Of a DNA stretch of 64,000 nucleotides, positions 1-9,565 are shown piece after piece. Within the stretch, counting starts at the first letter, position 1. Every line of letters begins with the position of its first letter. The position numbers and the translations under genes are program-made. Source of the DNA: an uncultured Ectothiorhodospiraceae bacterium (GTDB lineage: Bacteria > Bacteroidota > Ignavibacteria > SZUA-365 > GCA-2699105); contig CAYPBB010000010.1 of NCBI GenBank assembly GCA_964408855.1, positions 9,362 to 73,361 on the forward strand, written 5' to 3'. Below the pieces are notes generated by a model, which was not told where the DNA came from, made no database searches, and saw only the letters and a program-made list of their open reading frames with translations.

Positions 1-881
1 ATGAGCGAACTGACGTGCAGTTGGGACGAGGCTTCGGCGAATTCGTTCGCCAGAACGCTTGCCATCGTATGCGCCGGATCGAAGAGCGACCACGACAGTT
101 CGGCGCGGTTACCGATCACCATAGTTACCGCCATCGTCTCTCCGACCGCTCTGCCGAGTCCCAGCAGTGTCGCTCCGAGGATACCGGATTTCGCCCCTTT
201 CAGCACGACCCGGATGGTTTCCCATTTCGTTGCGCCGAGCGCGTAGGCAGCCTCGCGCTGCGATGCGGGGATGGACCGCATCACATCTCTCGAGATGGAG
301 ATGATGATCGGCAGAACCATTATGGCAAGAATGATCACCGCCGCAAGCATCCCGAACCCATACGGCGCTCCCTTGAAAATCGGGAGATATCCGAAATGCT
401 TCATTAGAAACGGCTGTATATCCGTCCTGAGCCAGGGAATCAGCACAAAGATTCCGAACAAGCCGTATACGATACTCGGAATTGCGGCGAGCAGCTCCAC
501 CAGTAATGAAAGAGGGCGCTCCAGCCAGTCGGGGGCATATTCGGATAGAAAAATGGCGACCGCCATACTCATGGGGAGGGCTAACGCAAGCGCGACCAAC
601 GCGGAATACAGCGTTCCGGCGATATACGGAATGGCTCCGTATCGTTCGTTGACAGGATCCCATTCAGTGCTAGCGATAAAAGAATACCCGAAATGCTTGA
701 TCGATGGCATCGATTGAACCGTCATTTCATACGCCATCATGAACACGACGCCTAATACCATGAAGGCGAAAAACCGCGTGGTACTCTGAAAGAGCAGATC
801 GCCCTTGTTGCGCTTCGTCAGGGATTTGAAATAACGAGCAAACACAGCAGAGCGTTTGCCCTGCTGTGTTTGATGTGTCAT
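1..881 (-). CDS. pstC: Phosphate ABC transporter permease PstC (3' end runs off the window; absent from the ORF track)
   Basis: Manual minus-strand translation from ATG at 881: MTHQTQQGKR...STEWDPVNERYGAIPYIAGTLYSALVALALALPMSMAVAIFLSEYAP...LLVELLAAIPSIVYGLFG. Directly downstream of pstS. Confidence 0.93.
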   Translation of the reverse strand, partial: MTHQTQQGKRSAVFARYFKSLTKRNKGDLLFQSTTRFFAFMVLGVVFMMAYEMTVQSMPSIKHFGYSFIASTEWDPVNERYGAIPYIAGTLYSALVALALALPMSMAVAIFLSEYAPDWLERPLSLLVELLAAIPSIVYGLFGIFVLIPWLRTDIQPFLMKHFGYLPIFKGAPYGFGMLAAVIILAIMVLPIIISISRDVMRSIPASQREAAYALGATKWETIRVVLKGAKSGILGATLLGLGRAVGETMAVTMVIGNRAELSWSLFDPAHTMASVLANEFAEASSQLHVSSL

Positions 882-907
882 GGGGTTGTTGTTTGGGGTA
901 CCGTGAC

Positions 908-1945
908 TCATTTCTTTTTATATGTTATCTGATCCACCTTTTTCTGGCAGAGTTTGACGACTTCCTTCGGAAGCGGAGCGTAGTAGAGTTCTTTGGCATA
1001 CGCCTCGCCATCGGTAAGCGCCCACTTGAGGAATTTCTTCATTGCTTCCGCCTTCGTCTTGTCCTTCATCGTCTGGTAGACCAGCAGCCAGGTGAAACCG
1101 GAAATCGGGTACGCGTTCTTGCCGTCGGCGTTCGTCAGTGAAACGCGAAGATCCGCGGGCATCGATTTGATTGCGCCCGCCGCAGAAGCGGAAACGGATT
1201 CAAAGGAAGGCAGAACATAATTTCCGGCTTTATTCTTGATCTGCGCGTAGTCGAGTTTGTTTTGGACGGCGTATGCAAGTTCAACGTATCCGATCGAGCC
1301 GTCGGTTTGCTTTACGAGACCGGCGACGCCTTCGTTGCCCTTGCCGCCGAGACCGACCGGCCATTTCACGGCTTTGCCCGCGCCGACTTCCTTCTTCCAT
1401 GTCGCGCTGACCTTCGCCAGATAGTCGGTGAAGATGCTCGTCGTGCCGCTACCGTCGGAACGGTGTACCACGACAATCGCCGTTTCGGGTAACTTCACGC
1501 CTTTATTGGCGGCTTTAATTTTTGCGTCGTTCCACATGATGATCTTGCCGAGAAAAATGTCCGCAAGAATTTCGGGGGTGAGCTTCAAACCCTGCTCGAC
1601 TTTCGGCACGTTATACGTCACCACAACCGCGCCCATGACGGTGGGGATATGAAGAATATCGGTGCCCTGTTTCTTCTTGATCTGCGCCATTTCATCTTCG
1701 GATAGGAACGCATCCGATGCGCCGAAATCGACCGTGCCTTCGATCGTCTGCTTCACGCCGCCGCCGCTACCGATAGACTGGTAGTTAAATTCGACGCCGG
1801 TTTTCTGATGATAGAGATCGAACCATTTCGAATAAATCACGTACGGGAAGGTTGCCCCTGCGCCGTTCAGTTTCACTTGCGCACCTGCGATCGAGGGGGG
1901 GAGCCCCGCAATCAGGAGGCATACCGCAATTGCTTTCATCTTCAT
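908..1945 (-). CDS. pstS: Phosphate ABC transporter substrate-binding protein PstS
   Basis: Signal peptide; GAGATFPY, YQSIGSGGG, HRSDGSGTT, GKGNEGVA motifs. Confidence 0.97.
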   Translation of the reverse strand: MKMKAIAVCLLIAGLPPSIAGAQVKLNGAGATFPYVIYSKWFDLYHQKTGVEFNYQSIGSGGGVKQTIEGTVDFGASDAFLSEDEMAQIKKKQGTDILHIPTVMGAVVVTYNVPKVEQGLKLTPEILADIFLGKIIMWNDAKIKAANKGVKLPETAIVVVHRSDGSGTTSIFTDYLAKVSATWKKEVGAGKAVKWPVGLGGKGNEGVAGLVKQTDGSIGYVELAYAVQNKLDYAQIKNKAGNYVLPSFESVSASAAGAIKSMPADLRVSLTNADGKNAYPISGFTWLLVYQTMKDKTKAEAMKKFLKWALTDGEAYAKELYYAPLPKEVVKLCQKKVDQITYKKK

Positions 1946-1978
1946 TGATATTCCTATTGTTGTCGTTGTATAGTGTTA

Positions 1979-3076
1979 TTAGAATTCCCAGAAGAACGTC
2001 ACTCTCGGCACCAGGTCGTCGTTGTCCTGGCCTTCGAGCGTATGCATTTCAACGCCGGGCATGACATGCACCGTCGGCGCCACTGCAAAATCGACCGCGC
2101 CGATAATCAGCGCTTCCTGATCGTCCTTTGCGTCTGCATCCGAATTCGGATCGTACATATCGTACCGGGCGACGAGTTTAATGTTCTCCGTCAATCCTGC
2201 CCATGCCCAGAACGAAAGGCCGATGCCCGACTGCGACGCCAGCTCTCCGCCTGCATTGGCGTAGTTGTTTTGTTGCGATTTCATGAACGCTTCCACACCG
2301 GCGGAAAACGTGTTTTCGTGTTCGTAATTCGCGAACCCGGCAAAAACGAACGCGTTGTTATCCTTCATTTCGCCCGTTACCGGATCGGCCTTCTGTTTGT
2401 TTGAGGCGAAATCGCCGTACAGCGTCGCCTGAAATCCGGCGGCAGGTTTGAACTGCACCTGCGCATAATAGCGCTTGTACTTATTCGATTCCGGCGCGTT
2501 GCCGGAATTATTTCCGACTTTCACCCAGTAGCTCGCCATGCCCTTGTCGTCGAATTTCCCTTTGAGATCGAGACCGAGGTCGCGCGAGGAAACGATACCG
2601 AAATAATCGAGGATGGTTTTTTCGAGCGAACGGTAGCCCCAGGCGCTTTCCGATACTTCAAACGCGGGCGTCGGCGATATACCGGCGATGAGGTCTGCGC
2701 CGGAGTAGATGTTCTTCCATTTCAACCAGGCGTCTTTGACAAAAACGCCGATTTTCCCGTTGCTGGTATTGGCCGATTGATCGGCTTCCAGACGGAATCG
2801 GGAAGAAAAGTCTGCGTTGATGGTATAATCGGCGGTGAAGTAGATCCGGCGGAATTGCCAGCCGTTCTGGTCCTTCTTTTCCGGATTGATCTGGTCGGCG
2901 TTGTAATACGCATCGCCGAACATCAGTCCGCTGAATTTTACCGGGCCAATGGCGCCGGACGCCTGCTTCTCCTGCGACGGCGCTTTATCCTGTGCGTAAA
3001 CGGTCAGGGTTAACATTATTGCTCCCACCAGAGCAATGATTGCTGTTTTGCTTGTTCTCATAGATATGTCTGCCAT
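1979..3076 (-). CDS. Outer-membrane beta-barrel, probable phosphate-selective porin (porin O/P-like)
   Basis: Signal peptide, alternating beta-strands (FRRIYFTADY, FVKDAWLKW), C-terminal Phe (FFWEF); first gene of the pstS-pstC unit. Confidence 0.75.
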   Translation of the reverse strand: MADISMRTSKTAIIALVGAIMLTLTVYAQDKAPSQEKQASGAIGPVKFSGLMFGDAYYNADQINPEKKDQNGWQFRRIYFTADYTINADFSSRFRLEADQSANTSNGKIGVFVKDAWLKWKNIYSGADLIAGISPTPAFEVSESAWGYRSLEKTILDYFGIVSSRDLGLDLKGKFDDKGMASYWVKVGNNSGNAPESNKYKRYYAQVQFKPAAGFQATLYGDFASNKQKADPVTGEMKDNNAFVFAGFANYEHENTFSAGVEAFMKSQQNNYANAGGELASQSGIGLSFWAWAGLTENIKLVARYDMYDPNSDADAKDDQEALIIGAVDFAVAPTVHVMPGVEMHTLEGQDNDDLVPRVTFFWEF

Positions 3077-3130
3077 TCAATGTTTGAGCGAATACAAATG
3101 GTACTACGAAACTATACCCCCGGCATTAGT

Positions 3131-3163
3131 CCGGTGTTACTGTCATGTTACCAAATCGTTAAA
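3131..3163 (-). promoter_or_regulatory. Candidate Pho box (three 11-bp direct repeats)
   Basis: Minus strand TTTAACGATTT/GGTAACATGAC/AGTAACACCGG has TAAC at 11-bp spacing; plus strand contains CTGTCAT (3140-3146); lies between the divergent pst units. Confidence 0.6.
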
Positions 3164-3340
3164 TCGCCGGTGTCCCATTGCGGGGATGTTCCGATTCGCG
3201 CATTTTTCGAGACTGATAGCATCGCGGAATGAACTTTCCCCCGGACCCGCGTTGTTGTCGGACACAGCGGACAGGCATAATTCGTGTCCGCAGAGATACA
3301 CAAACAACGAGAAACGAGATATCCTCGAACCGCAGACCGA

Positions 3341-4099
3341 ATGAAAGATATCATCATACAATCGCAGCACCTTTCCTTCTTCTACGGCTCCAAACAGGCG
3401 CTGAACGATATCACGATGGATATATACTCAAGGAAGGTAACGTCGTTTATCGGTCCCTCGGGATGCGGCAAGACAACGTTTCTGAGAACGCTGAACCGCA
3501 TGAACGATCTTATTCCCGGAATAAAACTGACCGGCAATGTGCTGATCGAAGGAGAGGACATTTACGGCAGAGGAACGGATGTAGCCAGGTTGCGGAAGCG
3601 AATCGGGATGGTGTTTCAGAAATCAAATCCGTTTCCCGGGTCGGTGTATGAAAATGTGGCGTACGGACCGAGACTGGCGGGAATTGGTAAGAAGGCTGAG
3701 CTTGACGCAATCGTCGAACGAAGTCTGAGCCAGGCAGCACTTTGGGACGAGGTGAAGGACAGGCTGAAGCATTCGGCGACGGGGCTTTCAGGCGGTCAGC
3801 AGCAGCGGCTGTGCATCGCGCGCAGCCTCGCAGTGGAGCCGGATATTCTGCTGATGGACGAACCTGCCAGCGCGCTGGATCCCATTTCAACGCTGAAGAT
3901 CGAGGAACTCGTCCACGAGTTGAAAACAAAGTACACCATCATTATTGTGACGCACAATATGCAGCAGGCGGCGCGCATCAGCGACTATACCGCGTTTTTT
4001 TATCTCGGCGAACTGATTGAATATGACAAGACAAAAACGATATTTGTAAAACCCGAGAAACAACAGACTCAGGATTATATCACCGGCAGGTTCGGTTAA
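3341..4099 (+). CDS. pstB: Phosphate ABC transporter ATP-binding protein PstB
   Basis: GPSGCGKTT Walker [14 protein letters not shown] signature, LLMDEP Walker [12 protein letters not shown]-terminus; ATG 3341 preferred over the ORF-track start 3284. Confidence 0.97.
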   Translation: MKDIIIQSQHLSFFYGSKQALNDITMDIYSRKVTSFIGPSGCGKTTFLRTLNRMNDLIPGIKLTGNVLIEGEDIYGRGTDVARLRKRIGMVFQKSNPFPGSVYENVAYGPRLAGIGKKAELDAIVERSLSQAALWDEVKDRLKHSATGLSGGQQQRLCIARSLAVEPDILLMDEPASALDPISTLKIEELVHELKTKYTIIIVTHNMQQAARISDYTAFFYLGELIEYDKTKTIFVKPEKQQTQDYITGRFG

Positions 4100-4194
4100 T
4101 CGCTCAACCGGCTGTCTGCGGATGCGGCTCCGTTCCGCCGCGATCCGTTCAACACTCTCTTCATCATTATCATTGTACATCACCGGATCTACGT

Positions 4195-4923
4195 ATGTCT
4201 GACCATATCCTTTCACGCTACGACGAACAACTTCAAAAACTGCTGGCGACACTGATCAAGATGGGCAGTCTTGCGCAGGAACAACTGGAAGCGGTGCTCT
4301 CCGCGCTCGATACCGGCGACACCGCCGCCGCACAACTGGTAATAGACAGGGACGCAAAGATCGACAAGTACGACCTCAAGATCGAGAAGCGATGCCTGAA
4401 CCTCTTCGCGTTGCAGCAACCGGTCGCCACGGACCTGCGGGTCATCATGTCGTCGCTGGCAATCAACCGCAGCATCGAACGAATCGGCGATTACACTGTG
4501 AACATTGCCCGTGCCATTATCGCCGGCGGCACATTTTCGTCGCTCATCGAGGCAACCGCGATCCGGGAAATGGGAAGGAATGCGCTTGTCATGTTCGAAA
4601 CAGCGCTGAATGCGTTCATTCAGTACGATCCAGCGCTGGCACGAAAAGTTATCGCCTGCGACTCGGAAGTAGACGAACTCGACCGCGCCAACCGCGCGAA
4701 GCTCGTCGACCTGATGTCTCGCAATGGGTCGATGGCGCCGGCGGGCGTCGCGCTCATCGGCATCTGCAAGGACCTCGAACGTATCGCCGACGAATCGACG
4801 AATATTTCCGAGGAGGTCATCTTTGCCGTCGAAGCGACGAACGTACGCCACAAACACCTCGACGCCGTCGTTCTGGACGAACCCACCGGTACGCCGGAAC
4901 ATTCATCGCACGGCGACGAATAG
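4195..4923 (+). CDS. phoU: Phosphate signalling complex protein PhoU
   Basis: Two PhoU repeats (QQPVATDLR...IERIGDY; DLERIADESTNISE); follows pstB. Confidence 0.95.
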   Translation: MSDHILSRYDEQLQKLLATLIKMGSLAQEQLEAVLSALDTGDTAAAQLVIDRDAKIDKYDLKIEKRCLNLFALQQPVATDLRVIMSSLAINRSIERIGDYTVNIARAIIAGGTFSSLIEATAIREMGRNALVMFETALNAFIQYDPALARKVIACDSEVDELDRANRAKLVDLMSRNGSMAPAGVALIGICKDLERIADESTNISEEVIFAVEATNVRHKHLDAVVLDEPTGTPEHSSHGDE

Positions 4924-4966
4924 AACACCGCTCCCCGCATGCCGTTCCATCGGATAGCGCCGCAGA

Positions 4967-5281
4967 CTATGGTTCCGGCGGTGTATCCTGCGCCTTAATC
5001 TTCCTGATGGCGTCGCGGAGATAGGCGTTCTCCGCTTCGATAAGAGCGATTTGTTCCTTCAGCATGGCCTGTTCCTGTTCCTTCGTCAGCTCGGGAAATT
5101 CCTTCCCAAGAAATGCGTACTTCCCTTTCGGCGTGCAACCCTGGCTTCTGAGCCAGTTGTAGACCTCGACTGCCGAAGTTCGGTGCTTCACGGCGATTTC
5201 TTCGATCGTCGCGCCGTTGTTGTATTCCCGTGCAGCCTGAGCGGCGAGAGGATTCGCAAATTTCTTTCGAGGTTTCGGCAT
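4967..5281 (-). CDS. Small helix-turn-helix protein resembling IS3-family OrfA
   Basis: GATIEEIAVKHRTSAVEVYNWLR HTH plus coiled coil LKEQIALIEAENAYLR; RBS CAGGAG before MPKPRK; no OrfB and no clear terminal inverted repeats. Confidence 0.55.
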   Translation of the reverse strand: MPKPRKKFANPLAAQAAREYNNGATIEEIAVKHRTSAVEVYNWLRSQGCTPKGKYAFLGKEFPELTKEQEQAMLKEQIALIEAENAYLRDAIRKIKAQDTPPEP

Positions 5282-5373
5282 AATCGCTCCTGTGTACCGG
5301 TGCATTAGTACTGATTTTGTCCCTGATTTTCAAGTCTGTTGCGCTTTGCGACGCGCTTTTCTAAGTTGCCCGC

Positions 5374-6105
5374 ATGAATCTCTCATCCGCATTTCGCCGC
5401 GCCGGGAACCTTGCCGCGCCCTTTCTCGATCTCGTGTATCCGCCGCGATGCCTGGGCTGCGACGCGCCCATCCATTCGGGGGATGTGCTGTGCGGCAAAT
5501 GCGCCGGGGATATGATGGAACTGCATATCGGCGAAGACGGTTCGCAGGACCTGATTGAATCGCTCACCTACCCTCCCGCGGCAACGTTCATCGCCGCAGG
5601 ATATGATTACGAGAAGGAAAGCGTGATCGAAACCTGCCTGCACACGCTGAAGTACAAGGGCATGCACTCCGTCGGCGAATGGCTGGGGCGTCTGTTGGGC
5701 GAGCGGATGTACGGCACACCGATTCTGGACGGAGAACCGGTTCTCGTGCCTGTACCGCTGAACAAAACGAAGCAATTGGAACGCGGCTACAACCAGAGCG
5801 AATACATCGCCAGGGGCATTGCCGCCGAAACCGGTCTGGCAATAGAACCGGGAGTGCTGTACCGCACGCGCTACACCGAATCGCAATCCGCTGCGCTGTT
5901 GACGCAGGAAGAGCGGAAAGCCAACCTCGAAGGGGCGTTCGCCGTGCGCGAAGCAGCCGCCGAGCGAATCGCGCCCAGCCCCGTCATCGTTGTGGACGAT
6001 ATTATCACCACCGGTGCGACGTTGGGCGAATGCGTCCGCGCGTTGAACTCAGCAGGCATCGCCGACGTCCGTATTGCCGCCGTGGCGCACCCGCTGAGGC
6101 GGTGA
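5374..6105 (+). CDS. comF: ComF family double zinc-ribbon/phosphoribosyltransferase protein
   Basis: CLGC...CGKC zinc ribbon; VPVPL...ERGYNQS; VVDDIITTGATL PRTase motif. Confidence 0.9.
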   Translation: MNLSSAFRRAGNLAAPFLDLVYPPRCLGCDAPIHSGDVLCGKCAGDMMELHIGEDGSQDLIESLTYPPAATFIAAGYDYEKESVIETCLHTLKYKGMHSVGEWLGRLLGERMYGTPILDGEPVLVPVPLNKTKQLERGYNQSEYIARGIAAETGLAIEPGVLYRTRYTESQSAALLTQEERKANLEGAFAVREAAAERIAPSPVIVVDDIITTGATLGECVRALNSAGIADVRIAAVAHPLRR

Positions 6106-6170
6106 GGGAATTTCCCCAGTACGCAGGGCAGGCTCTTATTGTTTTCATTGGATAGGTTAGATACACATTT

Positions 6171-6749
6171 ATGAAACTACTTCTGCCTTTCATGCTCATC
6201 CTTGCCTTGTTTCCCAATGCAAACATGCAGGCGCAATGGCGCTACGGCGCATTTGCGGGCATGAACTACTCCGGCTACTGCGCGCCCCCCGGATGTTCTG
6301 ACTACGACGAGTTGTCATGGAACGGCGTGTTCGGCGTCCGGGTGGAATATGGATTCAATGAGCTCGTTTCCATTTTCGCCGCCCCTCAGCGTATACAGAA
6401 AAATGCGGGAGGATATCTCCTGGATGAAATTGAATTCCCCATCGGCGCCAGGTATGTCTTTTCGGAGGGGATGCTCGTTCCGTACGTAAGCGCAGGCGGA
6501 TCGGTCGCTGTGATTCTCAATCCGGGACATTTTTCAATCGAACGCCATGATATGGGCGCCCCGGTTGAAAGACAACTCTTCAAAGATGTCGATTACTTGT
6601 TGCATGCAGGGGTGGGCGTGGAGTGGGCGAAGTTGTTCACGTTCGAAACCCGGTATAGCCGGGGCATTACATCCATTGGAGCTGAAGATTCTAATATCGG
6701 GCTGTATTCCGAAGACTGGACAATTACGCTCGGATTTTTGATACGATAG
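6171..6749 (+). CDS. Outer-membrane beta-barrel (porin-family) protein
   Basis: Signal peptide, YGAFAGMNYS start, ETRYSRGITSI, terminal strand WTITLGFLIR. Confidence 0.7.
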   Translation: MKLLLPFMLILALFPNANMQAQWRYGAFAGMNYSGYCAPPGCSDYDELSWNGVFGVRVEYGFNELVSIFAAPQRIQKNAGGYLLDEIEFPIGARYVFSEGMLVPYVSAGGSVAVILNPGHFSIERHDMGAPVERQLFKDVDYLLHAGVGVEWAKLFTFETRYSRGITSIGAEDSNIGLYSEDWTITLGFLIR

Positions 6750-6760
6750 AATTATTTCGC

Positions 6761-7366
6761 CTACCATTGCAGTATATCGTACGATATAGCCAGAGAAATC
6801 CCGCCGGTGATTTTATCGATCTTCGGGATCGAATACACGCCCGCTTTGATCCCGAGTGCGAAGCGCCCGGACAGCGGCAGGTAATACGTCGCCGAACCAT
6901 AGTACGCCGCCATCCACGACGACGCATCGACTGTGGATTCATACGCCGTTACCGAGGATTGCACCAAACTCGCGCCCATTCCGCCGGAAATATTCAGCTT
7001 CCACACTTCCATATCGAACAACAGAATGAATGCGGCAGCGTTCAGACTTGCGTTCATTTCCGTCGTTCCGTACACGTCGGATACGACGGTTTTCGAGACG
7101 CGCTCCAGCTTCATATACGCCGCTTCTACGCCGATATTCAACCGGCGGTTCGGCTTCCACAGCATCGCACAGCCGGGAAGTAGCCAGTCTGCCTCCTTCC
7201 CCGCCGCTGCTCCCGAATGCAACATTGTGCCCAGTCCTGCGGAAGGTATCACCGCAACGGCAAACGTGCTGTCTCCTGAGGAACCGGGCAAATCCTGCGA
7301 ATACATCGAGACCGCAAGCAGCGCCACACACGCAGCAATTGCCGCGCTAATGCGTATAGTACTCAT
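6761..7366 (-). CDS. Hypothetical exported beta-barrel protein
   Basis: Signal peptide from MSTIRISAAIAAC; amphipathic strands; terminal Trp (SYDILQW). Confidence 0.6.
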   Translation of the reverse strand: MSTIRISAAIAACVALLAVSMYSQDLPGSSGDSTFAVAVIPSAGLGTMLHSGAAAGKEADWLLPGCAMLWKPNRRLNIGVEAAYMKLERVSKTVVSDVYGTTEMNASLNAAAFILLFDMEVWKLNISGGMGASLVQSSVTAYESTVDASSWMAAYYGSATYYLPLSGRFALGIKAGVYSIPKIDKITGGISLAISYDILQW

Positions 7367-8591
7367 ACGCCACCATTGCCGGGTAATTGGAAAGCATTCC
7401 ATCGGGATCGCTCCCGGTAAAGAACGTATGTATCAGGTCCTCCAAATCCACCGTCCATGTAAACACGCGCACGCCACGCGCATTCATTGCCGCGATACGA
7501 TCGTTGAGCAAACCGCGCGACCAGCGGGGTGCCCAGATAACGGAGCCGGATTCGATCACTCTCGGTTCGTCGAATTCGCACAGCGCAGGCGGGCGTTCGG
7601 CGGGAGAGAGCCGCAGGTATTCGTTATAGGGCGCGTCTTCCGCCAGTCCCATCACAATTTCGATATCCCTGCCCTGCCGCCGCGCCAGTTCGATATACTC
7701 CCGCTGCACTGCAGCCACTGTGGCAACGATGCCGTACGCCTTGATGTCGAGCCAGACAAGACGGTGATGCGTTTGTTCAATCGCCGTTTGAAGCGCCTCG
7801 CGAAGCGTCGGAATACGTTCGCCGTTTTTCAATGTGCACAGCGTTTTCAACTGCGCCAGCGTATAGTCCGATACCTTGCCGGTTATGTAATCTTCGTTGA
7901 TCAGCCGCGTTGTGAGGTACTGGTCGTGAAACAACACCGGCACGCCGTCTTTCGTACACTGCACGTCGATTTCCACGGCATTCGCGCCGAGGCGTTCGGA
8001 ATACCGGATCATCTCGCACGTGTTCTCCGAAACGGGCAGCCGGTCGATATTCCTCCCTCCTCCCCGGTGACCGATAATGTAAAAGTCCTCCGGTTTCCGC
8101 GTCAGTGCGCGCTTGAACCGCAGCGTTACGGGCTTCCAGGGAGGTTTGTTTCCGTCTCCGAACAATCCTCGTAAGGTTACCGATTCGGCAGTGCCCTCTC
8201 CGTGCAGAATACAATCAGCCGCAGCCGCTTCCGCCGAGAATGTCATTGTGCCGGTATACTCCGACTGTGCGAACCGCCAGAAGCCGCTGAACACGACGGC
8301 GGAATCGTTGTGCCCGCATTGCATAACGCAGTAGGCGGAATTCTTCCCGGCGAACAGCGAACAATAGCCGGCGTTCCATTTCAACACTACAGAATCGCCG
8401 AAATCCTCTCGTCCCTGTTCAACGATGAACACGCCTTCGGTCCGGCGTTGCATCTCCGCCGTCAGAGGCGAGGTATTCGACAGCGGATCGGGAACTGGCG
8501 GAGTGGGCGCCGATACGCCGGGGATATGGTTTTCGCATCCGGCAATCAGAGCAGCAGCGGCGATGAGCAGTATAATTCCAGCACCTTTCAT
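7347..8591 (-). CDS. Lipoprotein glycerophosphodiester phosphodiesterase (GDPD) with extra N-terminal domain
   Basis: Lipobox LIAGC; IIGHRGG, ENT, VEIDVQCTKDGVPVLFHD, RIPTLREAL, VFTWTVD motifs; ATGA overlap with upstream gene. Confidence 0.88.
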   Translation of the reverse strand: MKGAGIILLIAAAALIAGCENHIPGVSAPTPPVPDPLSNTSPLTAEMQRRTEGVFIVEQGREDFGDSVVLKWNAGYCSLFAGKNSAYCVMQCGHNDSAVVFSGFWRFAQSEYTGTMTFSAEAAAADCILHGEGTAESVTLRGLFGDGNKPPWKPVTLRFKRALTRKPEDFYIIGHRGGGRNIDRLPVSENTCEMIRYSERLGANAVEIDVQCTKDGVPVLFHDQYLTTRLINEDYITGKVSDYTLAQLKTLCTLKNGERIPTLREALQTAIEQTHHRLVWLDIKAYGIVATVAAVQREYIELARRQGRDIEIVMGLAEDAPYNEYLRLSPAERPPALCEFDEPRVIESGSVIWAPRWSRGLLNDRIAAMNARGVRVFTWTVDLEDLIHTFFTGSDPDGMLSNYPAMVAYEYYTH

Positions 8592-9295
8592 AGGATGAAT
8601 CCAAAGGATAGTTCGGGATAGAGGAGATATTGCCGGATGGTGGAGTACGAGAGCCACGACTGATGGTAGGTCCGTGCGTAGGTGAGTTTCGCCCCCAGAG
8701 CTACCCATTGGTCGTTCCATAGCGGCTGTTCGATAACAACGCCGATGCTGTACGCCGAATGCGGGTAGTACTCCTCGATCAGCAGGTAATCGTTCGACGA
8801 GGTGGAGAGGTAGCCGTACTGCACGTCGGCGGTTACCGAGACGCAGACGTCATCGAATGCCACTCCCGCCGACACGACGGGATGCAGGTTGATTCCGAAC
8901 GTTTTCAAATCGAAATAATGTGATTCAAGGTGACCGAACCACAGTCCTGTTTTCACACCCGCGCTCAACGCCACACCTTCGACCGGCGCATTCCAGTACA
9001 CACCCAACGTGCCCATGTTGGAGATATAATTCCCCTTGACCCCGAACGTCAACCCGATGCGTTCAGGCAATCCGATTCGATATTCCACATTCAACATCGG
9101 CGAAATGTTGATCTCCTCTTCCGCGATCTCCATTGGGATCTTGGTCACATTGACTCCTGCGGCGATCTTGTACTCCCACGAGTTGTACGCACGAGGATAA
9201 TAGAAATACACCGCTTCCCCGCCGCCGTTCTGCGCGCAGAGAGCGGAAGGCAAGAGAAACAACAGGAACAACGTATTGGAAATGCGCTCAATCAT
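8588..9295 (-). CDS. Hypothetical exported beta-barrel protein
   Basis: Signal peptide MIERISN...ALCAQ; alternating strands; ends ELSFGFIL. Confidence 0.62.
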   Translation of the reverse strand: MIERISNTLFLLFLLPSALCAQNGGGEAVYFYYPRAYNSWEYKIAAGVNVTKIPMEIAEEEINISPMLNVEYRIGLPERIGLTFGVKGNYISNMGTLGVYWNAPVEGVALSAGVKTGLWFGHLESHYFDLKTFGINLHPVVSAGVAFDDVCVSVTADVQYGYLSTSSNDYLLIEEYYPHSAYSIGVVIEQPLWNDQWVALGAKLTYARTYHQSWLSYSTIRQYLLYPELSFGFIL

Positions 9296-9565
9296 CGCAT
9301 GGTGCTTGTGGTGAAACGGTTCCGCGCCGGTATTCAGGATAACGACAGCACAGGTGGAGACATTGCGCGAACGCAACGCGTATTCACCCGCCGCTTTATT
9401 CTGTACGTCCGATGCAGGGTGGAGGTTCCTATTCAATGATTATTGCATGGGGATAAATAAATTTAGCCGATCGTCTATCCCGGCTTGCAGGGAAAGCGGA
9501 TTTCTCGCTATACTTGTGTTTACGATTTCCGAAACCGGGACAGACCCGAAAGCGTTCTTATAGAC

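Noticed and set aside
1-717. Track ORFs 1-246, 15-407, 109-663, 271-717
   Set aside because: Alternative frames of pstC, which the track missed because it runs off the window
6933-8174. 413-aa plus-strand ORF
   Set aside because: Antisense shadow of the GDPD and barrel genes in GC-rich DNA
9440-9565. SOS box upstream of uvrA
   Set aside because: No palindrome matching a LexA motif I can support for this lineage
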